From: Eledone cirrhosa
Taxonomy: Eukaryota
Assembly (NCBI GenBank): GCA_964016885.1
Contig: OZ024766.1
Coordinates: forward strand, 8,494,001 to 8,558,000
Direction: 5' to 3'
Length of the DNA: 64,000 nucleotides
A program made the translations under genes and the position numbers. Below, in pieces: positions 49,362 through 60,964 of the stretch (position 1 is the first letter of the stretch; every line of letters begins with the position of its first letter). The notes under the pieces were generated by a model. That model did not search any database and was not told the origin of the DNA. It saw only the letters and a program-made list of their open reading frames with translations.

Positions 49362-49519
49362 AGCGGGGTGACTTTCACAATGAACTCCAACAAATTAGGG
49401 TCCTTTTGTATCTCCTCCATTTCTTCCTCTGTGTACTCCCTCGGTTCGTATTGAGTACACGAAGATCTCGGGTTGGTCCACCTTGTCTGCGTTCCGGCCT
49501 TCTTTGGTATAGGGACAGC
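49362..49519 (-). CDS. DNAI3: DNAI3 exon (AVPIPKKAGTQTRWTNPRSSCTQYEPREYTEEE...)
   Basis: 158 nt, phase 0/2; matches TQTKWTYPKNATTQYYPREFSEEE. Confidence 0.94.
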
Positions 49520-49545
49520 CTGGGGGAGAGAGAGAGAATGTGCAT

Positions 49546-50575
49546 ATCATCATCATCATCATCATCATCATTTTACGTCCCCTTTTCCCTGCTTGCAAGG
49601 GTGGGACGGGGAACTGAGTCTGGCTTGATCTCTACAGCTGGATGCCCTTCCTAACACCAACCTCATTTACAGTGAGTGCTGGGTGCTTTTTTGCCGTGGC
49701 ACCTCCACGACCACTTTGCAGTGGAATGATAGGGACCCCAGTCCCTATCATCTCATTTCTACAGCTGAGTAAACTGGAGCAATGTGAAATAAAGTGTTTT
49801 GCTCAAGGAAACAACACATCACCCGCTCTGAGAATTGAACTCACAACCTTTCGATTGCAAGGCCAATACTCTAACCACTAAGCCATGTGCCTCCATTGTG
49901 AAATAAAGTGTCTTGCTCAAGGAAACAACACATCACCCGCTCTGAGAATTGAACTCACAACCTTTCGATTGCAAGGCCAATACTCTAACCCCTAAGCCAT
50001 GTGCCTCCATATAGATATAGATATTTAGGTTTGTTGGTTCACCACTGGATAGAACTGGTCATTCCGTATAGTCAACCTTGATATAATATTAGGGAGAGCA
50101 CCTTCACGACCACTTTGCAGTGGAATGATAGGGACCCCAGTCCCTATCATCTCATTTCTACAGCTGAGTAAACTGGAGCAATGTGAAATAAAGTGTCTTG
50201 CTCAAGGAAACAACACATCACCCGGTCTAAGAATTGAACTCACAACCTTTCGATTGCAAGGCCAATACTCTAACCCCTAAGCCATGTGCCTCCATATAGA
50301 TATAGATATTTAGGTTTGTTGGTTCACCACTGGATAGAACTGGTCATTCCGTATAGTCAACCTTGATATAATATTAGGGAGAGCACCTTCACGACCACTT
50401 TGCAGTGGAATGATAGGGACCCCGGTCCCTATCATCTCATTTCTACAGCTGAGTAAACTGGAGCAATGTGAAATAAAGTGTCTTGCTCAAGGAAACAACA
50501 CATCACCCGGTCTGAGAATTGAACTCACAACCTTTCGATTGCAAGGCCAATGCTCTAACCCCTAAGCCATGTGCT
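49546..50575 (-). mobile_element. tRNA-SINE followed by tandem duplications of its 5' part plus flank
   Basis: Full copy at 49546-49895, then three further head-containing segments; about 290-bp period. Confidence 0.85.
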
Positions 50576-50721
50576 GTTTATTCAGTACGTCCTCGTCAGA
50601 TAAAATACATGAATTGATGTATGACATACCTCAACTGTCTTGATTGTTCAATTCCAGTATTGACTGCCAGTACTGGAATTGACCATCAAGACAGTTGAGG
50701 TATGTCATACATCAATTCATA

Positions 50722-50789
50722 TATTTTGTCTGATGAGGACGTACTGTAAAAAAACAGCACAGTACCTTTGAAATATATATAATAAAACA
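50722..50789 (+). ncRNA. Type-I minimal hammerhead ribozyme motif, intact core
   Basis: tattttgt-CTGATGA-ggacgtactg..cagtaccttt-GAAA-tatata-TA-ataaaaca; same family as 11447. Confidence 0.72.
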
Positions 50790-50955
50790 TATATTTTGAT
50801 TATGTGAATATTTTTCATTTGTTAACATTTTGAATAATATTAAAAACTCCAGGAAAATCTACTGTTGAGTGCTTCTAATCTATTGTAATATTGTATTCAT
50901 TGAGTAATCAACGAACCATATTAATCTTTGGTTATATATAAATATATAAATATAA

Positions 50956-50992
<37 letters not shown>

Positions 50993-50996
<4 letters not shown>

Positions 50997-51135
50997 AAAA
51001 TGTTCAAGACCCCGAAGGCAGAGCTCAAGCTGTTTCGACGGCTATTTCTGGACGCAGAAATAGCCGTCGAACTGGCTTGAGCTCTGCCGTCGAACCGGTT
51101 TGAGCTCTGCCGTCGGGGTCTTGAACATTTTCCTA
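50993..51135. mobile_element. Palindromic MITE with TA ends
   Basis: taggaaaatgttcaagaccccga...tcggggtcttgaacattttccta; partial relative at 24397-24460. Confidence 0.75.
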
Positions 51136-51149
51136 TTACCCACCCTACT

Positions 51150-51470
51150 ACCCAAAGTATTGAGTACTCTGGTGCGTTATGGTCCACTTGGTTCCTTAGC
51201 ACAAGGGTTAAGAGCTGGATTAAGCTGAGCTGGCATGCCAAAATAAATGAAATAAACCAATTAAGATTGCAAGAGAAGATACAGTCAACTGGCTGAAGTG
51301 ATAAGCCAGGCCTTGGTTAATTTCTTGTGTTACATAATGTCTAGGTTGCGAGACACAAGAATAATTGGTCTTTACCGTAGCAAGGTCAAGCTGCAAGAGA
51401 TCGAATTTATTAAAAGAAGCGGGAAAGTCTTCGTTTAGGCGGAAGTTGAGAATGCATATCTGCACGCGGT
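51150..51470 (-). mobile_element. Possible decayed LINE endonuclease (APE) N-terminus
   Basis: FNKFDLLQLDLATVK..CVSQ resembles the NKxxxL...(I/L)CVSET start of APE domains; frameshifted. Confidence 0.35.
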
Positions 51471-51959
51471 TAACAATTGGCTTAACTTAGCCAAAGCACA
51501 TATGGACAGCGTATCAATGCGCCAAAGGAAAGTAGCTTGCTACAAACTTATATATAAAGCCTGTGGCTTTCAAGACATTTGGGGGAGTCGGGCCGCTGAC
51601 TGCGAGGTTCCTCTCTTCACTGGCGGCTCGCCTAATAGAGGTGACTGGCGAACCTCGCGAGGGTGCTTGGCTGTTTCAGCGCGTTAGCTTCGCCATCACC
51701 TGAGGCAATGCTGCCAGTGTGCTGGCTTGCCTCAAAAATCATTAGAGAGGTTGCCCAGTATTCCTCGTTGCTGTCTTTTGCTCTGGTGTTGGCTCCGTTG
51801 TTCACCCCTTCCTTTACATTTTCTTTAATATTGTAACATTAAAAGAATACATCCTTCTGACAGAATCGGGAGCTATTTATAATGTTGTCTAAGCATTTAT
51901 GTTATTTATGTGTATATTTAAAACATATTTGTTATGTTATTCCACTGTAAATTTATTTA

Positions 51960-52570
51960 TAGGCTACGTTGGTATGGTCACGTGATGCGCATGAAAGACG
52001 ACAGCTGTATAACAAAGTGCAGGGCAATAAAGATAGATGGTAGCCACGGAGTAGGCAGACCCAGAAAAACCTGGGACGAGCTGATAAATTCCGACCTCAC
52101 ACACTTACACCTCTCCAAGACAATGTCACTGGACCGAGATCTTTGGCGGTACTCAGTAATAGAGAAGACCCGCCTTGCCTAAGTACAAAGTAAAACCTAC
52201 TACAGTCAGTAGGCACCTCTAACAAAATACACCCCCGTCCCACCACCCCCACCCCATCCACACCGCCCCTTTCAATGTAAAGTTATGTTGGTGCCACAAC
52301 ATCCAGGCCGAAACCAATGAGGTCGTGTAGGTGTCACGACAAAAAAACACAGTCCACGCTGTAATGTGGCCATGTAGGCAACACGGTAAAAACCTCCCAG
52401 TCCACACTGTAAACGTGGTTGGTGTTAGGAAGGGCATCCAGCCATAGAAAACCCGCCAGACAGTCCTATGCGAGCAAGACAACCACTCTTGCCTCAAGTG
52501 GGAAAACTCCCGTCCAAACCCATGCAAGCGTGGAAGATGGACGTTAAACGATGATGATGATCATCATGAT
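51960..52570 (+). mobile_element. 5'-truncated RTE LINE: ORF2 end, 3'UTR and (ATG)n tail
   Basis: RLRWYGHVMRM...GRPRKTW...DRDLWR..* (stop 52182), contiguous with a 3'UTR containing ggttggtgttaggaagggcatccagc and ggacgttaaacgatgatg. Confidence 0.85.
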
Positions 52571-52611
52571 GCTCTGTTTATATATTCATTGTGAAAGAAG
52601 CATCAACCTAC

Positions 52612-52767
52612 CTGCACACCCCTGTCCAGTTCCATTTTATGTAGACTGTAGTTTCCTTCATTTGTACTCGTGCAGCATTCATATGCCTCCTTCTCAAGAT
52701 TAGGGGGTCGGTCGATGAATTCATATGGAAGCCCGAATTCTAACCTGGTCATAGTAGCGTTAAACAC
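52612..52767 (-). CDS. DNAI3: DNAI3 exon (VFNATMTRLEFGLPYEFIDRPP...SLHKMELDRGVQ)
   Basis: 156 nt (159 with the alternative CAGCAG acceptor), phase 0/0; matches RSEFGAPIKFSD...LEKDVGMQ. Confidence 0.9.
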
Positions 52768-52789
52768 CTGCTGTTGATAAAAGATGAGA

Positions 52790-55700
52790 AATATCTTTAA
52801 CCCTTCCATTACCATATTTCTAATGAAGGACACTGTCTATGTCATTAACCCTTTCATTACCATATTTTTAATGAAAGACCCTGTCTATGTCATTAACCCT
52901 TTCATTACCATATTTCTAATGAAAGACACTGTCTATGTCATTAACCCTTTCATTACCATATTTCTAATGAAAGACACTGTCTATGTCATTAACCCTTCCA
53001 TTACCATATTTCTAATGAATGACACTGCCTATGTCTTTAACCCTTTCATTACCATATTTCTAATGAAGGACACTGTCTATGTCTTTAACCCTTTCATTAC
53101 CATATTTCTAATGAAAGACACTGTCTATGTCATTAACCCTTTCATTACCATATTTCTAATGAAAGACACTGTCTATGTCATTAACCCTTTCATTACCATA
53201 TTTCTAATGTAAGACCCTGTCTATATCTTTAACCCTTTCATTACCATATTTCTAATGAAAGACACTGTCTATATCTTTAACCCTTTCATTACCATATTTC
53301 TAATGAAAGACACTGTCTATGTCATTAACCCTTTCATTACCATATTTCTAATGAATGACACTGCCTATGTCTTTAACCCTTTCATTACCATATTTCTAAT
53401 GAAGGACACTGTCTATGTCTTTAACCCTTTCATTACAATATTTCTAATGTAAGACACTGTCTATATCTTTAACCCTTTAATTACCATATTTCTAATGAAA
53501 GACACTCTATGTCATTAACCCTTTCATTACCATATTTCTAATGAAAGAGACTGTCTATGTCATTAACCCTTTCATTACCATATTTCTAATGAAAGACACT
53601 GTCTATGTCATTAACCCTTTCATTACCATATTTCTAATGAAGGACACTGTCTATGTCTTTAACCCTTTCATTACCATATTTCTAATGAAAGACACTGTCT
53701 ATGTCATTAACTCTTTCATTACCATATTTCTAATGAAAGACACTGTCTATGTCATTAACCCTTTCATTACCATATTTCTAATGAAAGACACTGTCTATGT
53801 CATTAACCGTTTCATTACCATATTTCTAATGAAAGACACTGTCTATGTCTTTAACCCTTTCACTATCATATTTCTAATGAAAGACACTGTCTATGTCTTT
53901 AACCCTTTCATTACCATATTTCTAATGAAAGGCACTGTCTATGTCATTAACCCTTTCATTACCATATTTCTAATGAAAGACATTGTCTATGTCATTAACC
54001 CTTTCATTACCATATTTCTAATGAAAGACACTGTCTATGTCATTAACCCTTTCATTACCATATTTCTAATGAAAGACACTGTCTATGTCATTAACCCTTT
54101 CATTACCATATTTCTAATGAAAGACACTGTCTATGTCATTAACCCTTTCATTACCATATTTCTAATGAAAGACACTGTCTATGTCATTAACCCTTTCATT
54201 ACCATATTTCTAATGAAAGACACTGTCTATGTCATTAACCCTTTCATTACCATATTTCTAATGAAAGACACTGTCTATGTCATTAACCCTTTCATTACCA
54301 TATTTCTAATGTAAGACACTGTCTATGTCATTAACCCTGTCATTACCATATCTCTAATGAGAGACACTGTCTATGTCTTTAACTCTTTCATTACCATATT
54401 TCTAATGTAAGACACTGTCTATGTCTTTAACCCTTTCATTACCATATTTCTAATGAAAGACACTGTCTATGTCTTTAACCCTTTCATTACCATATTTCTA
54501 ATGAAAGACACTGTCTATGTCATTAACCGTTTCATTACCATATTTCTAATGTAAGACACTGTCTATGTCTTTAACCCTTTCATTACCATATTTCTAATGA
54601 AGGACACTGTCTATGTCATTAACCCTTTCATTACCATATTTCTAATGAATGACACTGCCTATGTCTTTAACCCTTTCATTACCATATTTCTAATGAAGGA
54701 CACTGTCTATGTCATTAACCCTTTCATTACCATATTTCTAATGAAAGACACTGCCTATGTCTTTAACCCTTTCATTACCATATTTCTTAGGAAAGACACT
54801 GTCTGTCATTAACCCTTTCATTACCATATTTCTAATGAAAGACCCTGTCTATGTCATTAACCCTTTCATTACCATATTTCTAATGAAAGACCCTGTCTAT
54901 GTCTTTAACCCTTTCATTACCATATTTCTTAGGAAAGACACTGTCTGTCATTAACCCTTTCATTACCATATTTCTAATGAAAGACCCTGTCTATGTCATT
55001 AACCCTTTCATTACCATATTTCTAATGAAAGACACTGTCTATGTCATTAACCCTTTCATTACCATATTTCTAATGAAAGACACTGTCTATGTCATTAACC
55101 CTTTCATTACCATATTTCTAATGAAAGACACTGTCTATGTCATTAACCCTTTCATTACCATATTTCTAATGAAAGACACTGTCTATGTCATTAACCCTTT
55201 CATTACCATATTTCTAATGAAAGACACTGTCTATGTCATTAACCCTTTCATTACCATATTTCTAATGTAAGACACTGTCTATGTCATTAACCCTGTCATT
55301 ACCATATCTCTAATGAGAGACACTGTCTATGTCTTTAACTCTTTCATTACCATATTTCTAATGTAAGACACTGTCTATGTCTTTAACCCTTTCATTACCA
55401 TATTTCTAATGAAAGACACTGTCTATGTCTTTAACCCTTTCATTACCATATTTCTAATGAAAGACACTGTCTATGTCATTAACCGTTTCATTACCATATT
55501 TCTAATGTAAGACACTGTCTATGTCTTTAACCCTTTCATTACCATATTTCTAATGAAGGACACTGTCTATGTCATTAACCCTTTCATTACCATATTTCTA
55601 ATGAATGACACTGCCTATGTCTTTAACCCTTTCATTACCATATTTCTAATGAAGGACACTGTCTATGTCATTAACCCTTTCATTACCATATTTCTAATGA

Positions 55701-56060
55701 AAGACACTGCCTATGTCTTTAACCCTTTCATTACCATATTTCTTAGGAAAGACACTGTCTGTCATTAACCCTTTCATTACCATATTTCTAATGAAAGACC
55801 CTGTCTATGTCATTAACCCTTTCATTACCATATTTCTAATGAAAGACCCTGTCTATGTCTTTAACCCTTTCATTACCATATTTCTTAGGAAAGACACTGT
55901 CTGTCATTAACCCTTTCATTATCATATTTCTAATGAAAGACCCTGTCTATGTCATTAACCCTTTCATTACCATATTTCTAATGAAAGACCCTGTCTATGT
56001 CATTAACCCTTTCATTACCATATTTCTAATGAAAGACCCTGTCTATGTCTTTAACCCATT
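52790..56060. repeat. 48-bp minisatellite filling a whole intron
   Basis: Unit ttaaccctttcattaccatatttctaatgaaagacactgtctatgtca, about 68 copies; about 956-bp higher-order duplication. Confidence 0.95.
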
Positions 56061-56074
56061 AAAATTATACTTAC

Positions 56075-56236
56075 TTTGGTCGTCTTTGATTCAGGGTACT
56101 CCATTTTAATCTCTTGTTCACTCCCCAGAGAGATCCACTTCCTGGGTTTCACCTCTGCGGGTACGTATGTCCGCGAGAGGGTTTGGTTGATGTTATCTGC
56201 CTCAGAGATAATTACGTCTGTGGGTTCCTTCGGAGT
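56075..56236 (-). CDS. DNAI3: DNAI3 exon (TPKEPTD...VKPRKWISLGSEQEIKMEYPESKTTK)
   Basis: 162 nt, phase 0/0; matches KPWVSLGSEKEI. Confidence 0.92.
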
Positions 56237-56261
56237 CTAGAAAGGGAGCAAAAATATACGT

Positions 56262-57110
56262 GATGGCGGTGGTGGTGATGGCGGTAGTGGTAGTGGTGGT
56301 AGGTGGTGATGGTGGTGGTCGAGGTGATGGTGGTGGTGGTGGTCGAGGCGGTGGTTGTGGTGGTGATGGTGGTGGTGGTAGTGGTGGTAGTAGTGGAGGT
56401 GGTAGTGGTAGTAGTGGTTGTAGTGGCGGTGGTGGTGGTGGTGATGGTGGTGATAGTGGTGGTGATGGCGGTAGTGGTAGTGGTAGTGGTGGTAGGTGGT
56501 GATGGCGGTGGTAGTGGTGGTGGTCGAGGTGATGGTGGTGGTGGTGGTCGAGGCGGTGGTTGTGGTGGTGATGGTGGTGGTGGTAGTAGTGGAGGTGGTA
56601 GTGGTAGTAGTGGTTGTAGTGGCGGTGGTGGTGGTGGTGATGGTGGTGATAGTGGTGGTGATGGCGGTAGTGGTAGTAGTAGTGGTGGTGGTAGTAGTGG
56701 TGGTAGTGGTGGTGGTAGTGGTGGTGGTGGTAGTAGTAGTGGTGGTGGTAGTAGTGGTAATAGTGGTGGTAGTAGTGGTGGTGGTAGTGCTGGTGGTGGT
56801 GGTAGTAGTGGTAATAGTGGTGGTAGTGGTGGTAGTAGTGGTGGTGGTGGTAATAGTAGTGGTGGTGGTGGTAGTGGTGGTAGTAGTGGTGGTGGTGGTA
56901 ATAGTAGTGGTGGTGGTGGTAGTGGTGGTAGTAGTGGAGGTGGTGATGGTGGTAGTAGTGGTGATGGTGGTGGTAGTTCTGGTAGTAGTGCTGGTGGTGG
57001 TAGTAGTAGTGATGGTAGTAGCAGTGGTGGTGGTGGTGGTGGTAGTAGTAGTGGTGGTGGTGTGGTGGTAGTAGTGGTGGTGGTGGTGGCAGTGGTGGTG
57101 GTGGTGATGG
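56262..57110. repeat. (GTG/GTA)n trinucleotide tract
   Basis: Direct inspection. Confidence 0.9.
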
Positions 57111-57302
57111 TTGTGCCCCAGCATGGCCACAGTCTAGTGACTGTAATGTGGTGCCCCAGCGTGGCCACAGTCTAATGACTAATGTGGTGCCCCAGCATGG
57201 CCACAGTCTAATGACTAATGTGGTGCCCCAGCATGGCCACAGTCTAGTGACCGAAACATGGTGCCCTAGCGTGGCCACAACACAATGAAGGGTTCAACTC
57301 AC

Positions 57303-57416
57303 CATTATGAATTGGTACATCTTCGCTCTGGATTCTTCGGACAAAATCATACAGAAGTTATGTCCGAACTTGTACTCATGGTCGTAGAAAAACATTATCT
57401 CCTCCCCTTTGTATTT
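57303..57416 (-). CDS. DNAI3: DNAI3 exon ([38 protein letters not shown])
   Basis: 114 nt, phase 0/0; matches EYPGNELLLVYDKDFKYGLNFYLIATEE. Confidence 0.92.
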
Positions 57417-57433
57417 CTGGGAAAGATAGATAC

Positions 57434-57472
<39 letters not shown>

Positions 57473-58001
57473 TATATATATATACACACATATATATATA
57501 AAAATATATACACATATATATATATATTTATATATATATATAAATCAGGAAAGAAGATTGACATGGTTTGCAATACAAAAAAGGTTTTTAATCTCATAGC
57601 TGACAATTGTTTCTCTGAACTGGTAGGTCTAGAGATCGCTATTCGCTTATTTTCACGTTACTCGATCACCAATACAAAATTATAACCAGTCAGATCTTCG
57701 GAGCATGCGAGAATGAAGAGAATACACAGGCAAGAAAAGAATATACAGGCTACTATATGAAGTAGTAATGGCATTCAGTTAGAACAATAACAACAATTAC
57801 AACAATGCTATTAATAAATTATTTGAGGAGACCCTCACATTACTTAGGTGGGGGGTATAGTGTATCTAACGTTACGGCGTGTAAAACTAGCTGTCATGAG
57901 GCAAAAGTAAGAGTTTGGCATGTACAGAGTATCGAAGTGTGTATCAATTTTAAATTATAAAGATAAGCCAGTGTTTACAGTCTTTCTTTTCATCTTCAAT
58001 A

Positions 58002-58041
<40 letters not shown>

Positions 58042-58087
58042 AAAATAACAGGAGGCTGGACTTGTGTAAATCCTTGAAAGGTTTATT

Positions 58088-58145
58088 ATACTATGATCAT
58101 TTCAATGACCGGGTTCCGTATGAATCCGGTGATATCATCAGGTAT
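58088..58145 (-). ncRNA. Type-I minimal hammerhead ribozyme motif
   Basis: atac-CTGATGA-tatc accggattc atacg gaacccggt catt-GAAA-tgatca-TA-gtat. Confidence 0.68.
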
Positions 58146-58720
58146 TCGAAATTTAATATATATATATATATATATATCCTGGAGACCAGGATTTTTTCAT
58201 TCTGATGATTGAAAGCAAAATTTTTTTGCTTTTAAGAAACCACTGGTAAATGGAATAATTGCCTTATGTTGTTTATTACATAACTATATATATATATATA
58301 TAGTAATAATAATAAATTTGAAGACTAAAATTCAAAGAGAGCTCGATAAGGATAAATATATATCAAATATATAAGAACTGTAGAGCAAATATTTATTAAA
58401 ATAACAGATTAAAGTTTAACAGGATTTTCAGAAGATCCCGTTAAGGGTGAAAGCAGCGATTCTTTGCTTAAACTTTAATCTGTTATTTTAATAAATATAT
58501 ACATATATATATATTTCGTTTCTGAATTTGTTTAGCAAGATTCTTTATGTGAAAACGTGTGTTGAAACGGATATTGTTATACTTTGGGAGGGTCATGTTG
58601 CCAATAAGAAACACACGCACCAGTTGCTTTCACTTCAATTTATTATAATAAATTTATAAATTTAGGAATTTATAAATTTCCGGTTGGTTGGTTCCACAAC
58701 CAGATGATTGTTTATATATT

Positions 58721-58763
58721 GTCAAAGTTCTTTCGTCACACATTCTGTGACCTCTTCAGTGAC
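58721..58763 (-). ncRNA. Type-I minimal hammerhead ribozyme motif
   Basis: gtca-CTGAAGA-g-gtcaca gaatg tgtgac-GAAA-gaac-TT-tgac. Confidence 0.62.
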
Positions 58764-59045
58764 TGGGGATTCTTTTCTTTGTTTTTGTGCCTCTCCTCTG
58801 TTCTGTCCTACGCCATCTTGTTTTTGTGTGTGTTGTCACACATTTATAAAACCATATTTATTTTATTATATATATTAGATATGTAGACAGACAGACAGAC
58901 AGAGAGAGAGAGAGGGAGGGAGAGAGAGAGAGGGAGATATCTACAATTGTGGCTATTTAAACTAATTCTAAGTCCGTCGCTCTACCGATTTTTTCCAACC
59001 CACCGCCCTCAACAACAACAACAACAACAACAACAAAATACTTAC

Positions 59046-59257
59046 ATCAATTTCCTCGTTAAAAGGAAAGAAATCTGAGACAGCGGCCCTTGTTTTGATA
59101 TCATCCATGATGTCTTGCTTGCTCAGCAGGATGAAGGGATTATCAGCGCTAACCTGCTGGTCTTGGACACAACTTAGCAGTACCTGCGTCTGGTTCACCA
59201 AGGTCAGTGGGAAGACATGTTCAGGCAGGGATGAGGCCAAAGAACTTGCACCATCAA
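59046..59257 (-). CDS. DNAI3: DNAI3 exon (...PEHVFPLTLVNQTQ...DDIKTRAAVSDFFPFNEEID)
   Basis: 212 nt, phase 1/0; matches IYPLVLTTKTQ...DLRNRAAVSDFHP. Confidence 0.94.
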
Positions 59258-59294
59258 CTGGACACAAACAAAAATATCAACCAAAGAATGCATT

Positions 59295-60355
59295 TTAACC
59301 TTTTAATGTTCAAACCGGCCAGAATTCTCTACCTGTTTCTGTTGAAACTGGCTGTAACTGGTCGCTTAAACTGATGTTAAGGTATTGTTCTCATAGATTC
59401 GATATTATGTGAGATAATTATGCGAGGTAAAGCCTTTACCATGAAAATACAATAGTATATATAGAGTAATGTAAATGTTATGTGAGATATTATGTGAGGT
59501 AAAGCCTTTACTGTGAAAATACAATAGTATATATAGAGTAATGTAAATGTTATGTGAGGTAAAGCCTTTACTGTGAAAATACAATAGTATATATAGAGTA
59601 ATGTAAATGTTATGTGAGGTAAAGCCTTTACTGTGAAAATACAATAGTATATATAGAGTAATGTAAATGTTATGTGAGATATTATGTGAGGTAAAGCCTG
59701 TACTGTGAAAATATAATAGTATATATAGAGTAATGTAAATGTTATGTGAGATATTATGTGAGGTAAAGCCTTTACCATGAAAATACAATAGTATATATAG
59801 AGTAATGTAAATGTTATGTGAGATATTATGTGAGGTAAAGCCTTTACTGTGAAAATACAATAGTATATATAGAGTAATGTAAATGTTATGTGAGGTATTA
59901 TGTGAGGTAAAGCCTTTACTGTGAAAATACAATAGTATATATAGAGTAATGTGAATGTTATGTGAGATATTATGTGAGGTAAAGCCTTTACTGTAAAAAT
60001 ACAATAGTATATATAGAGTAATGTAAATGTTATGTGAGATATTATGTGAGGTAAAGCCTTTACTGTGAAAATACAATAGTATATATAGAGTAATGTAAAT
60101 GTTATGTGAGATATTATGTGAGGTAAAGCCTTTACTGTGAAAATACAATAGTTTATATAGAGTAATATAAATGTTATGTGAGATATTATGTGAGGTAAAG
60201 TCTTTACTGTGAAAATACAATAGTATATATAGAGTAATGTAAATGTTATGTGAGATATTATGTGAGGTAAAGCCTTTACTGTGAAAATACAATAGTATAT
60301 ATAGAGTAATGTAAATGTTATGTGAGATATTATGTGAGGTAAAGCCTTTACCTTA
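59295..60355. repeat. MITE left part followed by a 72-bp array (family of 15.3-16.7 kb)
   Basis: ttaaccttttaatg start and ctgatgttaaggtattgttctc shared with 15350, then about 13 units. Confidence 0.85.
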
Positions 60356-60964
60356 AAGGGGCTGTGATAAACGATAAAATTAAAGAACAAAATATATAAA
60401 CAACAAAACAAAATAACGAGAATAACAAAAAAATAACGAGAAAATAATTGTTTCTACTTTTGGCGTAAGGCCAGCAAATACCCCAGTGTATGACTGGTAC
60501 TTTATTTAATCGACCCCGTAAGGATGAAAGGCAAAGTTAACCTCTGCGGGATTTGAACTCACACTGTAAAGGGTCGTAACTCTATGCTGCAAAGCATGGC
60601 GTCCGACATTCTATGCTTTGCAGCATAGAGTTACGGCCCTTTATAATTAACGAGAAAATAACGAACTATAACAATGGTTTCGATTTAGGAACAAGGCCAG
60701 CAATTTGAAGAGAGGGGAAAGTCAATGAAATCTAGCCCAGTACATTACTGGTACTTTATTTTATCGACCTTGTAAGGATGAAAAGCAAAGGGCCATAACT
60801 CTATGCTGCAAAACATGGCGTCCGACGCTCTATCAATTACTGCAAAAATTAACAAATTAATGAGTAACGAACCAAATTAATTAATTAAAATTATTTAAAT
60901 AACAAAATATATAATGAAATATATAATGAATGACACAAATGTCCATATATGGTCATTTGTGACC

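Noticed and set aside
52784-56109. Repetitive MKDTVYVINPFITIFL proteins, and similar ORFs at 59377-60411 and 61009-63531
   Set aside because: Unit lengths divisible by 3 give spurious repeat ORFs inside DNAI3 introns, with sporadic stops and frameshifts.
58420-58470. Hammerhead-like CAGAAGA-tccc..gggt-GAAA (also CTGATGAttGAAA at 58202 and CGGAAGA..GAAA near 24010-24040)
   Set aside because: Core mutated, or stems I/II missing; at best decayed relics, so not counted.
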